Assembly: GCA_016794785.1 (NCBI GenBank)
Contig: JAEUHC010000007.1
Span: 43,710 to 107,709 of the forward strand
Length of the DNA stretch: 64,000 nucleotides
Origin: Opitutaceae bacterium
GTDB taxonomy: Bacteria > Verrucomicrobiota > Verrucomicrobiia > Opitutales > Opitutaceae
Direction of reading: 5' to 3'
A program made the position numbers and the translations under genes. Shown here piece after piece: positions 1 to 10,973 of this stretch. A model generated the notes under the pieces. It did no database searches and had not been told where the DNA came from. It saw nothing but the letters and a program-made list of their open reading frames with translations. How positions within the stretch are numbered: the stretch's first letter is position 1; each line of letters opens with the position of its first letter.

Positions 1-92
1 ACGGTGAGGGTTTGCGTGGCGAACTTGAACTGCGCGGCACCAACCGGCAGCGTCACCGCGACGAGCAGGGAGAGTTGTTTGAGCGCGTTCAT
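1..92 (-). CDS. 5' end of a secreted protein (runs off the window edge)
   Basis: ATG at 92 overlaps the sulfatase stop; reads MNALKQLSLLVAVTLPVGAAQFKFATQTLT, a signal-peptide-like N-terminus. Confidence 0.6.
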   Translation of the reverse strand, partial: MNALKQLSLLVAVTLPVGAAQFKFATQTLT

Positions 93-1639
93 AGGTCGGG
101 CACAGCACTGCCAGCCTTTTTCTTGCCGGCTTTCTTGCCCTTGGCGCTGTTGCGCGCGGCAGCTTCGGCCTCGGCTTTTTTCATGTAGGCTTCGCGGGCC
201 TTGGGATCGTCACGGTGGCGGAAGACGTCGAGCATGCCGTCTCCGGTCCGGACCATCCAGGCGTCGAGCATTGCGGTGAGCCGATCGCGTGCGGCGCGGT
301 GCGCGGGACTGGCGATCAGGTTGTGGAGGGCGTCGCTGTCATCGGTGTTGCGGTAGAGTTCCTCGGGCACTCGGTGGTCGAAGAGCTTGAGCCGCGCGGC
401 CACGTGGGCGTCGGTCTTCGCGAGGGCCTGCATGCGGCGGTAGGAGACGGTGCCCTTGGTCGCGGTGGCCATCGCGCGCGTGCCATTGGACCACGGATTG
501 AAAAGATAGACGTAATCGCGCGTCATGAGCGCGCGCATCGGGTGGCGGTGGCCACCGGAGTTTTCGTTGTATTCCGTGACGACGTAGTCGCGCCCCGCCT
601 GCGCCTCGCCGCGCAGCACGGGGGCGAAACTGCGGCCGTCCATGCCCGGCGGGTGTGCGATGCCCACGACATCGAGCAACGTGGGCAGCAGATCGACGCC
701 GGAGATCAAGTGGGTGTCGTCGACGGCGCCGGGCTTCGTCACGCCCGGCCAGCGCACCATCCAGGGTGTGCGCGTGCTGTGAAAGTAGAGCTGGGTCTTC
801 GCAAAGGGCAGCGGCATCCCATGGTCGGACAGAAAGAAAATCACCGTGCGCTCATCCTCGCCGGATTCGCGGAGCGCGCGCAGCACCTCGCCGAGGCAGT
901 CGTCGCCGCGGCGCACGGACGAGTAGTAGAGCGCGAGTTCCTCGCGCACCTGCGGATCGTCGGGGAGAAAGCCGGGCACGGGCACCTCGGCGGCGGTGAA
1001 GACACGGCTCGGTTTGTTCACCTCGGGCCGGCCGTCCTCGTTCCAGAACGGCTTGTGCGGATCGGAGATGTTGATGTTCAGGCAAAATGGTTTCCCGGCT
1101 TTTTTCGCCAGCGCGATCCCGTGCGCGGTGGAGGTGTGGTAGGAGGCGACGTTCTTGATGTGTGCCGCCGAGCCGTCGGGCAGCGTGTCGAGGATCGCGT
1201 CCCAGGCGGGGTAGGGGGAATAGGGCGTGGAGTGCGCGACTTTGCCGCGGATGCCAGTGAACCAACCCGCGGCCTTCATGAGATCAGCTATCACGGGATA
1301 GCCGGGGTCCTTGATCATGTAGAAGCCCTCGACGCGGTTGTTGTGCGGATAGCGGCCCGAGAACATCACGTTGCGCGAGGGCATGCAGTTGCCGACTTGC
1401 ACGAAGGCGTGGTTGAAGCGCAGCGCCTGCGTCGCGAGGCGATCCATGTGCGGCGTGGTGTCCTTGAGCTTGCTGCCATAGACGCCGACCGAGTCGCAGC
1501 TCATGTCGTCCATCGTGATGATGAGGACGTTGGGGCGCGCGGGCGCGGCGCAGTGGGCGGACGGGCCGGCGCAGAGCAAGCACACGACCAAAAGCGGACG
1601 GCGCATGAGGGCGCGGAGAAGCCAGGCGAACGGAGTCAT
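89..1639 (-). CDS. Sulfatase (sulfamidase-like), secreted
   Basis: Signal peptide, PNVLIITMDD, formylglycine motif CMPSR...SGRYP, SDHG. Confidence 0.9.
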   Translation of the reverse strand: MTPFAWLLRALMRRPLLVVCLLCAGPSAHCAAPARPNVLIITMDDMSCDSVGVYGSKLKDTTPHMDRLATQALRFNHAFVQVGNCMPSRNVMFSGRYPHNNRVEGFYMIKDPGYPVIADLMKAAGWFTGIRGKVAHSTPYSPYPAWDAILDTLPDGSAAHIKNVASYHTSTAHGIALAKKAGKPFCLNINISDPHKPFWNEDGRPEVNKPSRVFTAAEVPVPGFLPDDPQVREELALYYSSVRRGDDCLGEVLRALRESGEDERTVIFFLSDHGMPLPFAKTQLYFHSTRTPWMVRWPGVTKPGAVDDTHLISGVDLLPTLLDVVGIAHPPGMDGRSFAPVLRGEAQAGRDYVVTEYNENSGGHRHPMRALMTRDYVYLFNPWSNGTRAMATATKGTVSYRRMQALAKTDAHVAARLKLFDHRVPEELYRNTDDSDALHNLIASPAHRAARDRLTAMLDAWMVRTGDGMLDVFRHRDDPKAREAYMKKAEAEAAARNSAKGKKAGKKKAGSAVPDL

Positions 1640-1719
1640 GGGGTGGGGGCTGCGACCGTAAGCACACCGTGGTGGGTGTCACGGTTGGAATCGGAACTGC
1701 GCCGGGAACGCCCGCGCCG

Positions 1720-2289
1720 CTACTTCGCGCGCAGTGACAGCCAGAGGTAGGCGATCACGCCCACGCAGATGCCGGAGTCGGCCACGTTGAACGTGGGGTA
1801 GATGTAGCTGCCGAAATGGAAATCGAGAAAATCGATCACGTGCCCGTGCGCGAGGCGATCGACGAGGTTGCCGACGATGCCGCCGCAGAGCAGACCGAAG
1901 GTCACCTGGGTCAGGGGTTCGCGGAGGCCGAGCGAATGGCGCCAGAACCAGATGCCGGCGAGCGTCGCGGCCGCGAGCAGCGCGAGCAGCACGCTCTGGC
2001 CGGAAAACATGCTCCACGCCGCGCCGGTGTTGCCGACATGGATGATGTAGAAGAATCCGCGGATGACCTCGATGTCCTGCCCGACGCCATGCGAGTGCAT
2101 CGGATCGAACGGCACGCGCGCGAGAATCCAGAGCTTGGTGGCCTGATCGAGGGCGAACACCGCCATCGCGATGGCCAGCAGGCGACGGTAGGCCGCGAGG
2201 CGGGCCATCCGCGATTTTTGATTCTCGATTTTCGGCCGGTCAGCCGCAGGCGCAGCCGATGAGCTGAGCTCGTCCGGTTCCGGCGGCAT
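1720..2289 (-). CDS. lspA: Lipoprotein signal peptidase II
   Basis: DQATK, NTGAAWS, GNLVDR, VIDF, FNVAD motifs; downstream of ileS; start could instead be M at 2208. Confidence 0.93.
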   Translation of the reverse strand: MPPEPDELSSSAAPAADRPKIENQKSRMARLAAYRRLLAIAMAVFALDQATKLWILARVPFDPMHSHGVGQDIEVIRGFFYIIHVGNTGAAWSMFSGQSVLLALLAAATLAGIWFWRHSLGLREPLTQVTFGLLCGGIVGNLVDRLAHGHVIDFLDFHFGSYIYPTFNVADSGICVGVIAYLWLSLRAK

Positions 2290-2333
2290 GGTGGGGGTAT
2301 TCGAAAATCAGGATTCGCAAACTGGGCATCCGA

Positions 2334-3263
2334 TCACTCGTCGCCGCCGCCGTCGTCCATCATCTTGCCGCCCTCCTCGCCCATCTCGCCGAAGAGACCG
2401 GCCTGGGTGCGCGAGCGGTGGCGGTTGCGCTCGAGGTCCTTCTGGGCCTCGGCGGTGTAGCGGGTGAAGGGCACGGCGAGCAGTCGCTCCTTGGCGATGG
2501 GTTTTTGCGTGGCCTCGCAGATGCCGTAGGTGCCGTCGTGGATGCGCTTGATGGCGGCCTCGATCTCGGAGAGCGCCTCTTGCTCGTTGGCGACCATGCT
2601 GAGCGCAAAATCGCGATCAAAGGTGTCGGTGCCCGCGTCGGCCATGTGCTGGCCGTAGGAGGAGAGGTCGCCGGCGTCGTCCTTGGCGGAGCGCTTGAGC
2701 GTCTCCTCGGAGTGGCGCTCGATGCCCTCGGTGAGGTGCGTGCGCAGATCGATCAGGAGCTTGAAGTAGCGCTTGAATTTCTCGGGCACGTTCTCGTCGC
2801 TCGAGGAGGAGGCGGGTTTGCCCCGCTTCGGGTTGAAGCCGAGGATGTCAGCGAGCGAGGCGGCCTTCACGTGCTGCGGCTTCACCTTCTCGATGGCGAT
2901 GGCGGCTTTTGCGGCGGACGCCTTGGCGCCGGCGGCCGGGAAGGGCGCGACGGTCTTGCTCGTGACGGTCTTCGCGATGGCGCGGACTTCGTCGAGGCTG
3001 AAGGCGATGGGCTTGGCGGCCGTCTTGCGCTTCAGGATGCTGTCGCGCAGGGCGGTTTTTTTGGACGGTTTTTCCATGATGGGAGAGGCTTTCGCCGGCT
3101 TCACAGGGGCCGGGGACTTGGCTGGCTTGACTGGCTTGGCGACCTTGGCGGCCTTGGCGGGCGCGTGCTTGGCTGCCGGCTTGGCCGGCGGCTTCGCGGC
3201 CTTCTTGGCAGCTGGCTTGGGCGCGTGCTTTTTCGGGGCGGGCTTTTTGGATTTCGAGGCCAT
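2334..3263 (-). CDS. TraR/DksA family regulator with K/A/P-rich N-terminal extension
   Basis: C-terminal HMADAGTD...EIEAAIKRIHDGTYGICE...IAKERLLAVPFTRY. Confidence 0.85.
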   Translation of the reverse strand: MASKSKKPAPKKHAPKPAAKKAAKPPAKPAAKHAPAKAAKVAKPVKPAKSPAPVKPAKASPIMEKPSKKTALRDSILKRKTAAKPIAFSLDEVRAIAKTVTSKTVAPFPAAGAKASAAKAAIAIEKVKPQHVKAASLADILGFNPKRGKPASSSSDENVPEKFKRYFKLLIDLRTHLTEGIERHSEETLKRSAKDDAGDLSSYGQHMADAGTDTFDRDFALSMVANEQEALSEIEAAIKRIHDGTYGICEATQKPIAKERLLAVPFTRYTAEAQKDLERNRHRSRTQAGLFGEMGEEGGKMMDDGGGDE

Positions 3264-3287
3264 GGGGAGTTTTGGGTGGGGAAATGA

Positions 3288-6215
3288 TCAGGGTGCGAGG
3301 GCGTCGGCGCAACGCGGGCATACTTCACCCGCGGCGGTCGCGGAGAGCGAGGGCACCCAGCGCCAGCAGCGCGGGCAACGCACGTGACCGAGCTCGCTGG
3401 AGGGTTTCACCGCGATCTGCAACGCCTCGCCCGCGCCGCCCGGGGCGAGCGCGACGTGCGAGACGATCAGCAGCTCCGGCAGGAAATCGCGGTGCTTCTC
3501 CAGCAGCGCGGCGGTCGCGTCGCCTGGGGCGGTGGTCAGCGTGAGGGAGGCGTCGAGTGATTTGCCGAGCTTGCCGGCGGCACGGTGCGGCTCGATGGCC
3601 TCGTTCACCTGCGCGCGGACCTTGAGGAGTGCGGCGATGTCGGCCTCGATGGCGGCGTCGGTCCACTCGGCGGGCGCGACGGGCCAGTCCTGGAGGTGGA
3701 TGGAATCCCCGGTGTATTCAGCGTTCGCGACGGCGTAGCTGTAGGCCTCGTCGCAGGTGAACGTGAGCACCGGCGCGAGCACGCGCACGAGCGCCTGGAA
3801 GATGTGGTGAATCGCCGTCTGCGAGCTGCGGCGCAGAGCGGACTGGGTGCCGTGCGTGTAGAGACGGTCCTTCAGGATGTCGTGATAGACCGCCGAGAGC
3901 GTGACCGCGCAGAACTGGTTGCAGAGCTGGTAAACGCGGTGGAACTCGTAGGCATCGTAGGCCGCGGTGCACTCGCGGATGAGCGTCGCCGTCTGGTGCA
4001 GTGCCCAGCGGTCGAGCGTGTCCATCTGCGTGACGGGCACGGCGTCCTTGGTGGCGTCGAAGTCGAAGAGGTTCGAGAGCTGGTAGCGAAACGTATTGCG
4101 GAAAAGCCGGTAGCTCTCGCCGACGTTCTTGAGAATTTCGTCGTCCACCGGGATGTCGTCGCGGAAATCCTGCGAGGCGATCCAGAGGCGGATGACGTCG
4201 GCGCCGTGCTGGGCGACATAGGCGTCGCTCGTCTGCGGCTTCTGGTAGGTCGAGCTTTTGGAGATTTTCTGCCGCGCCTTGTCCACGATGAAGCCGTGGG
4301 TGAGCACCGCCTTGTAGGGCGCGGCGTCAAACGCGATCACGCTCGTCCAGAGCGAGGACTGGAACCATCCGCGATGCTGGTCGCTGCCTTCGAGGTAGAG
4401 ATCGGCGGGCCACGAGGTGCCGCCTTGGCCGCGCTTGAGCGTGGCGGCGTGGGAAGAACCTGAATCGAGCCACACGTCGAGCGTGTCGCGGCCGCACGTC
4501 AGCGCACTGGGTGCGGGCCAGCCGGCGGGCAGCGTGACGCCGGCGAGGACTTCGGCGGGCGTGGCATCATACCAGAGATTGGTGCCGTGCTGGGCAAACT
4601 TGTCGGCCACGGCGCGCGCCACGCCGGCATCGAGATAAGCGGTTTTCTTCTCGTCGTAGAAGGCCGGGATCGGGACGCCCCAGGAGCGCTGGCGGCTGAT
4701 GCACCAGTCGGGCCGCGACTCGACGGCGCCGCGGATGCGCGCTTCGCCCCAGGCGGGAATCCAGCCCTGGGCGGCGGCGATCTTGGTGATCTCAGCGAGC
4801 GCGTTTTTCCGTGGGATCGGATAAGCGTCGGGATGGAGGTGTCTATTGATCGGATGGCCGTCGAGCCTGACGAACCACTGGTCCACCGCGCGGAAAATAA
4901 TCGGAGTCTTCGAGCGCCAGCAGTGCGGGTAGCTGTGGTTGTATTTCGCCTTGGCAAGCAGAGCGCCGGCTTCGGCGAGTTTTTTCAGGACGGCGAGGTT
5001 GGCGGGCGCGGGCTTCTTCGCGGCGAGGTCCTCCACGGTCTCCAGCGTAGAGATGCCGAGCAGATCGGCGGGGAGGGCGAGGGCCGGGTAATCGACGTCG
5101 TTAGCGTAGCGGCCGTCGTGGCCGACGGGACAGTAGATTGGAAGATCGTTCTTGAGGCCGGTGAGATAGTCGTCCGCGCCATGGCCGGGCGCAGTGTGGA
5201 CGGCGCCAGTGCCGCTGTCGGTAGTGACGTAGTCGGCGACCACCACAGGAGACACGCGGTCGATGAACGGATGGCTCGTGTTCAAACCAACGAGCAGAGA
5301 GCCGGGGTATCTTGAGTGGATATTGGGTGTCTGCGTTAGCTTTGCAGCAGAAAGGACATTGTTGAGTAAAGGCTCCGCAACAATGATGTAGTCGGAACCT
5401 ATGTCGGCAGCCACGTAGTCGACATCATCTTTTACTGCGATCGCCAAGTTGGCGGGGATTGTCCACGGTGTGGTTGTCCAAATCACAACGCTGACCGGCT
5501 TATCTGTCGGGAGGTGAAATTTGGGAATTCTACCGTGGTTGAATTTCTCGATTTCAACCTCCGGCACCTTGAACTTCACCCAGATCGCGATCGAGGTGTG
5601 GTCCTTGTATTCGATCTCGGCCTCGGCGAGGGCGGTCTCGAAGGGGATGCTCCAGTAAACGGGTTTCTTGCTCCGATAGACGAGGCCCTTCTCGACGAAG
5701 GCCGCGAAGGTGCGGACGATGTCGGCCTCGAAGGCGGGGGCCTTGGTCTTATACTCGTGCTTCCAGTCGGCGAGCACGCCGAGGCGCTTGAACTGCGCGG
5801 TCTGCTTCGTGATCCAGCTTTCGGAAAACGCATCGCAGCGCGCGCGGGTCTCGGCGGTGGTGAGCGTGAGTTTTTCATCCCGGATTTCGCGGGAGACCTT
5901 TTGCTCGATGGGCAGGCCGTGGCAGTCCCAGCCGGGCACGAAGGGCGTGCGGAAGCCGCGCAGTGACTTGTAGCGGTTGACGAAATCTTTGAGCGACTTG
6001 TTCAGCGCGGTGCCGATGTGGACATCGCCGTTGGTGAACGGCGGGCCGTCGTGCAGCACGAAGGCGGGGCGGCCGGCGCGTTTCTTCTGGATGGCGTCGT
6101 AGAGCCCGATCTTTTCCCAATGCGCCACCCGGCCGGGTTCGCGTTGCGCGAGTCCGGCGCGCATCGGGAAGTCCGTCTTGGGAAGCTGCAGCGTGTCTTT
6201 CAGGTCTTGGGCCAT
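3288..6215 (-). CDS. ileS: Isoleucine--tRNA ligase (type 1)
   Basis: LHDGPPFTNG, HIGT (HIGH-like), GWDCHGLPIE, WTTTPWT, WCISRQR, EGSDQHRGWF, KISKS, C-terminal CPRC...CPRC Zn finger. Confidence 0.97.
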   Translation of the reverse strand: MAQDLKDTLQLPKTDFPMRAGLAQREPGRVAHWEKIGLYDAIQKKRAGRPAFVLHDGPPFTNGDVHIGTALNKSLKDFVNRYKSLRGFRTPFVPGWDCHGLPIEQKVSREIRDEKLTLTTAETRARCDAFSESWITKQTAQFKRLGVLADWKHEYKTKAPAFEADIVRTFAAFVEKGLVYRSKKPVYWSIPFETALAEAEIEYKDHTSIAIWVKFKVPEVEIEKFNHGRIPKFHLPTDKPVSVVIWTTTPWTIPANLAIAVKDDVDYVAADIGSDYIIVAEPLLNNVLSAAKLTQTPNIHSRYPGSLLVGLNTSHPFIDRVSPVVVADYVTTDSGTGAVHTAPGHGADDYLTGLKNDLPIYCPVGHDGRYANDVDYPALALPADLLGISTLETVEDLAAKKPAPANLAVLKKLAEAGALLAKAKYNHSYPHCWRSKTPIIFRAVDQWFVRLDGHPINRHLHPDAYPIPRKNALAEITKIAAAQGWIPAWGEARIRGAVESRPDWCISRQRSWGVPIPAFYDEKKTAYLDAGVARAVADKFAQHGTNLWYDATPAEVLAGVTLPAGWPAPSALTCGRDTLDVWLDSGSSHAATLKRGQGGTSWPADLYLEGSDQHRGWFQSSLWTSVIAFDAAPYKAVLTHGFIVDKARQKISKSSTYQKPQTSDAYVAQHGADVIRLWIASQDFRDDIPVDDEILKNVGESYRLFRNTFRYQLSNLFDFDATKDAVPVTQMDTLDRWALHQTATLIRECTAAYDAYEFHRVYQLCNQFCAVTLSAVYHDILKDRLYTHGTQSALRRSSQTAIHHIFQALVRVLAPVLTFTCDEAYSYAVANAEYTGDSIHLQDWPVAPAEWTDAAIEADIAALLKVRAQVNEAIEPHRAAGKLGKSLDASLTLTTAPGDATAALLEKHRDFLPELLIVSHVALAPGGAGEALQIAVKPSSELGHVRCPRCWRWVPSLSATAAGEVCPRCADALAP

Positions 6216-6257
6216 TCAGCGAAAAGGGGCGCGAAGCTAGGTCCGCAGGGGGGAGAG

Positions 6258-7628
6258 TCAAGGGCTGCGTCCGGTCTCGTCCTCTGCGCCGATCGCGCGC
6301 GCGGCGAGGCGTTCGCCGGCGGCCACGCACGCCGGCAGCGCGATGCCATCGCAAACCTGTCCGCCGACAAAAAATCCCGGGCGCGCGCGCTCGACCGCGG
6401 CGATCGCGGCCAAGTGGCGCTCGTGGCCGAGGTCGTATTGCGGAATCGCGCGCGGCCAGAAGGCGTGGCGCTGGAAAAGTGGCGCGCCGCGCACGCCGAG
6501 GAGCGCGCGCAGGTCGGGCGCGACGGTGGCGAGAAGTTCCTCGCGGCCGAGGCGCGCGATCGCGGGCTGCCGCGTGCCGCCGACGAGCACCGTCAGCGCG
6601 ACATGGCCCGCGGGCGCTCGGCCGGGGAAGAGCGTGGAGGAAAAAAGCACGCCGAGAATTGAGCGCCGTTCGACCGCGGGCACGAGCAGGCCGAAGCCGT
6701 CGAGCGCGTGCGCGACTTGTTCGCGCCGGTAGCCGAGGAAGAGCGCGGCGACGGGCGGATGCACAATCGAGTCAAGCGAGGCGAGGGGAGCGGCGGAACC
6801 GATGCGCAACGCGGCGAGCGCGGGCGCCGGCAGGGCGGCGAGGACGGTGTCGAAGTTCTCAGCGGAGCCGTCGCTGCAAGACACAGTCCACGACGAGCCG
6901 GGTGTGAGTGCCGTGACTTGGCTGCGAAACGCAATCGTGCCGGCGGGCAGCCGGGCGGCGAGGGCTTCGGGCAGCGTTTGCAATCCGCGACGAAAAGAAA
7001 TGATGCCCGCGTCGGCCGCCTTCGTCTTGGCCGCGGCGATCTGGGCGCGAAGCAGCGAACCGTGGGTCTGCTCGGCGGCCCAGAGCTTGGGGAATGCGTG
7101 GCGCGCGGAGAGTTTTTCCGGATCGCCGGCGTAGATGCCGGTGACGAAGGGGTTCAGCACGTAATCGACGATCTCGTGGCCGAAGTGTTCGCCGACCAGC
7201 GTGGCGAGGCTCACGTCGGTGTCGCGCGCATGGGGGCGGAACCGCAGCTCGCGAAAAACCCGGGCCTTGGCGCTGACCGACAACAACCGCGAGGGGAGCA
7301 ACGCGAGCGGTGAAAGCGGCAACGCGACCGGCCGGCCGCGGCGCACGATGTAGCGGTGCCTGGCCGCCGGTGCGGCGGCGAGGCGCTCGGAAGCGAGGCC
7401 GAGTTCGTCGATCAGCGACGCAAGCGCGGGATCGCCGGCGAGGAGGGTGTTGGGTCCGGACTCGATCAGCCAGCCATCGTCGGTGACCTCAGTGCGAATC
7501 GCGCCGCCGACGCGGTCGCTCGCCTCGAACACGCGCACCCGGTGGCCGCGCTTCGTGAGGCGATAAGCAGCCGTCAGACCCGTGATACCAGCGCCGAGAA
7601 CGACGATGGATTTTGACGAGGCGGACAT
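6258..7628 (-). CDS. hemY: Protoporphyrinogen oxidase (HemY type)
   Basis: GAGITGL dinucleotide fold, ESGPNT, GIYAGDPEKLS, AIPQY; in an operon with hemE/hemF; start set at MSASSK. Confidence 0.9.
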   Translation of the reverse strand: MSASSKSIVVLGAGITGLTAAYRLTKRGHRVRVFEASDRVGGAIRTEVTDDGWLIESGPNTLLAGDPALASLIDELGLASERLAAAPAARHRYIVRRGRPVALPLSPLALLPSRLLSVSAKARVFRELRFRPHARDTDVSLATLVGEHFGHEIVDYVLNPFVTGIYAGDPEKLSARHAFPKLWAAEQTHGSLLRAQIAAAKTKAADAGIISFRRGLQTLPEALAARLPAGTIAFRSQVTALTPGSSWTVSCSDGSAENFDTVLAALPAPALAALRIGSAAPLASLDSIVHPPVAALFLGYRREQVAHALDGFGLLVPAVERRSILGVLFSSTLFPGRAPAGHVALTVLVGGTRQPAIARLGREELLATVAPDLRALLGVRGAPLFQRHAFWPRAIPQYDLGHERHLAAIAAVERARPGFFVGGQVCDGIALPACVAAGERLAARAIGAEDETGRSP

Positions 7629-7671
7629 AAAAAAGATTTGTTCACTGAACGGGTGCTGACGTGCGCTTATT

Positions 7672-7983
7672 TTAGCGGGGTAGGAAATAGAACACGAGGA
7701 GCACGACAGCCCAGCCACAGACGACCGCGAAAAAGGCTTTCATGCTTCCCCATCCGCGTTTCCACGCGAGATCGACGCCAACTTTCGTAAGCCAGAGGCA
7801 ACTGATAAGGACACAGGCCAGAAATGCAGGCACAGCAGTGGTCAGAAACGTTATGCTGTCGAATGCATCCCGGTAGTCGCGTTCTTCCGCGCGAGCCAAT
7901 GCCTCGATTTTGTAAACGAACCACGCAAACAGAGCCATACCCACGAGGTTCAGACCGAAATAGACTGCGGTCAGTGGCTTCAT
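7672..7983 (-). CDS. Small hypothetical membrane protein (about 3 TM, lower GC)
   Basis: ATG overlaps the hemE stop (ATGA); three hydrophobic stretches. Confidence 0.6.
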   Translation of the reverse strand: MKPLTAVYFGLNLVGMALFAWFVYKIEALARAEERDYRDAFDSITFLTTAVPAFLACVLISCLWLTKVGVDLAWKRGWGSMKAFFAVVCGWAVVLLVFYFLPR

Positions 7984-9011
7984 TTCCAGCCGGTCACGGT
8001 GTCCACGAGCGCGCTCATGCACTCAAGCTTCGCGCGCGGGGTGATGCCGTGGCCTAGGTTGAAAATGTGGCCGCGGGTGCCGCGCATCGATTCGAGGAGG
8101 CGGGTGCTTTCGCGGCGCACGATGTCGGGGGTGGTGTTGAGCAACACCGGATCGAGGTTGCCCTGCACGGCGACGTTGGCGGGCAGCGTGCGCCGCACGA
8201 TCGCGAGGTCGCTCGTCCAATCGACACTCAGCGCGCGCGCGCCCGTGAACGCCTGATCGGTGAGGTGCGGCGCGGTGCCCTTGGCGTAGAGAATGACTGG
8301 GAAATCACGCGGCAGCGCAGCGATGATTTGCCGGATCCATTTCAGGGAGGCGGCCTCGTAGTCGGGGCCGGCGATGATGCCACCCCACGAATCGAAGATC
8401 TGGATCGCATCGGCGCCGGCGGCGATTTGCGCGTGGAAGTAGGCGATGAGGGCGGCGGTGAGCTTTTCGAGGAGCGCGTCGAAGGTTGCGCGCTCGGTGT
8501 AGAAGAGGAGCTTGATGCGCTCGAACTCGTCGGAGCTGCCGCCCTCAACCATGTAGGTCGCAAGCGTCCACGGCGAGCCGCCGAAGCCGAGCAGGGCCTG
8601 GCGACCGGCCAGCTCCTGCTTGAGCAACGCGAGGGCCTCGGCGACGTAGTGCAGGCGGGCCGGCACGGCCTCGGCCGGCGCGAGCGCATCGATCTGGGCG
8701 CGGGTTTCGAGGCGGTAGTCCATGCCGATACCGCCCTCGTCGCGGAATTTGTAGCCCTGGCCGAGCGCTTCGGGAATCACGAGGATGTCGGAGAACAGGA
8801 TCGCGGCGTCGAGGCCGGCGTAGCGGCGCAGAGGTTGGAGCGTGACTTCCGCGGCGACGGCAGGAGTGCGGACCATTTCAAGGAAGGAAGATTTCGCCTT
8901 GAGCGCGCGATACTCGGGCAGATAGCGGCCGGCCTGACGCATCACCCAAAGAGGAGGGCGGTCGAGGGGCGCGCAGGTGCAGGCGGCGAGGAAGCGTTCG
9001 CGGGAAGTCAT
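7980..9011 (-). CDS. hemE: Uroporphyrinogen decarboxylase
   Basis: WVMRQAGRYLPEY, DAAILFSDIL, QIFDSWGG, IFNLGHGI. Confidence 0.96.
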   Translation of the reverse strand: MTSRERFLAACTCAPLDRPPLWVMRQAGRYLPEYRALKAKSSFLEMVRTPAVAAEVTLQPLRRYAGLDAAILFSDILVIPEALGQGYKFRDEGGIGMDYRLETRAQIDALAPAEAVPARLHYVAEALALLKQELAGRQALLGFGGSPWTLATYMVEGGSSDEFERIKLLFYTERATFDALLEKLTAALIAYFHAQIAAGADAIQIFDSWGGIIAGPDYEAASLKWIRQIIAALPRDFPVILYAKGTAPHLTDQAFTGARALSVDWTSDLAIVRRTLPANVAVQGNLDPVLLNTTPDIVRRESTRLLESMRGTRGHIFNLGHGITPRAKLECMSALVDTVTGWK

Positions 9012-9036
9012 CGCTGGAGAATCCAGAATCCAGCGG

Positions 9037-10946
<1,910 letters not shown>

Positions 10947-10973
10947 GGCCGCCGGGATTCTCCCGCTGCAACC

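Noticed and set aside
6216-6257. T-box leader for ileS
   Set aside because: Only 42 nt of intergenic space and no T-box motif
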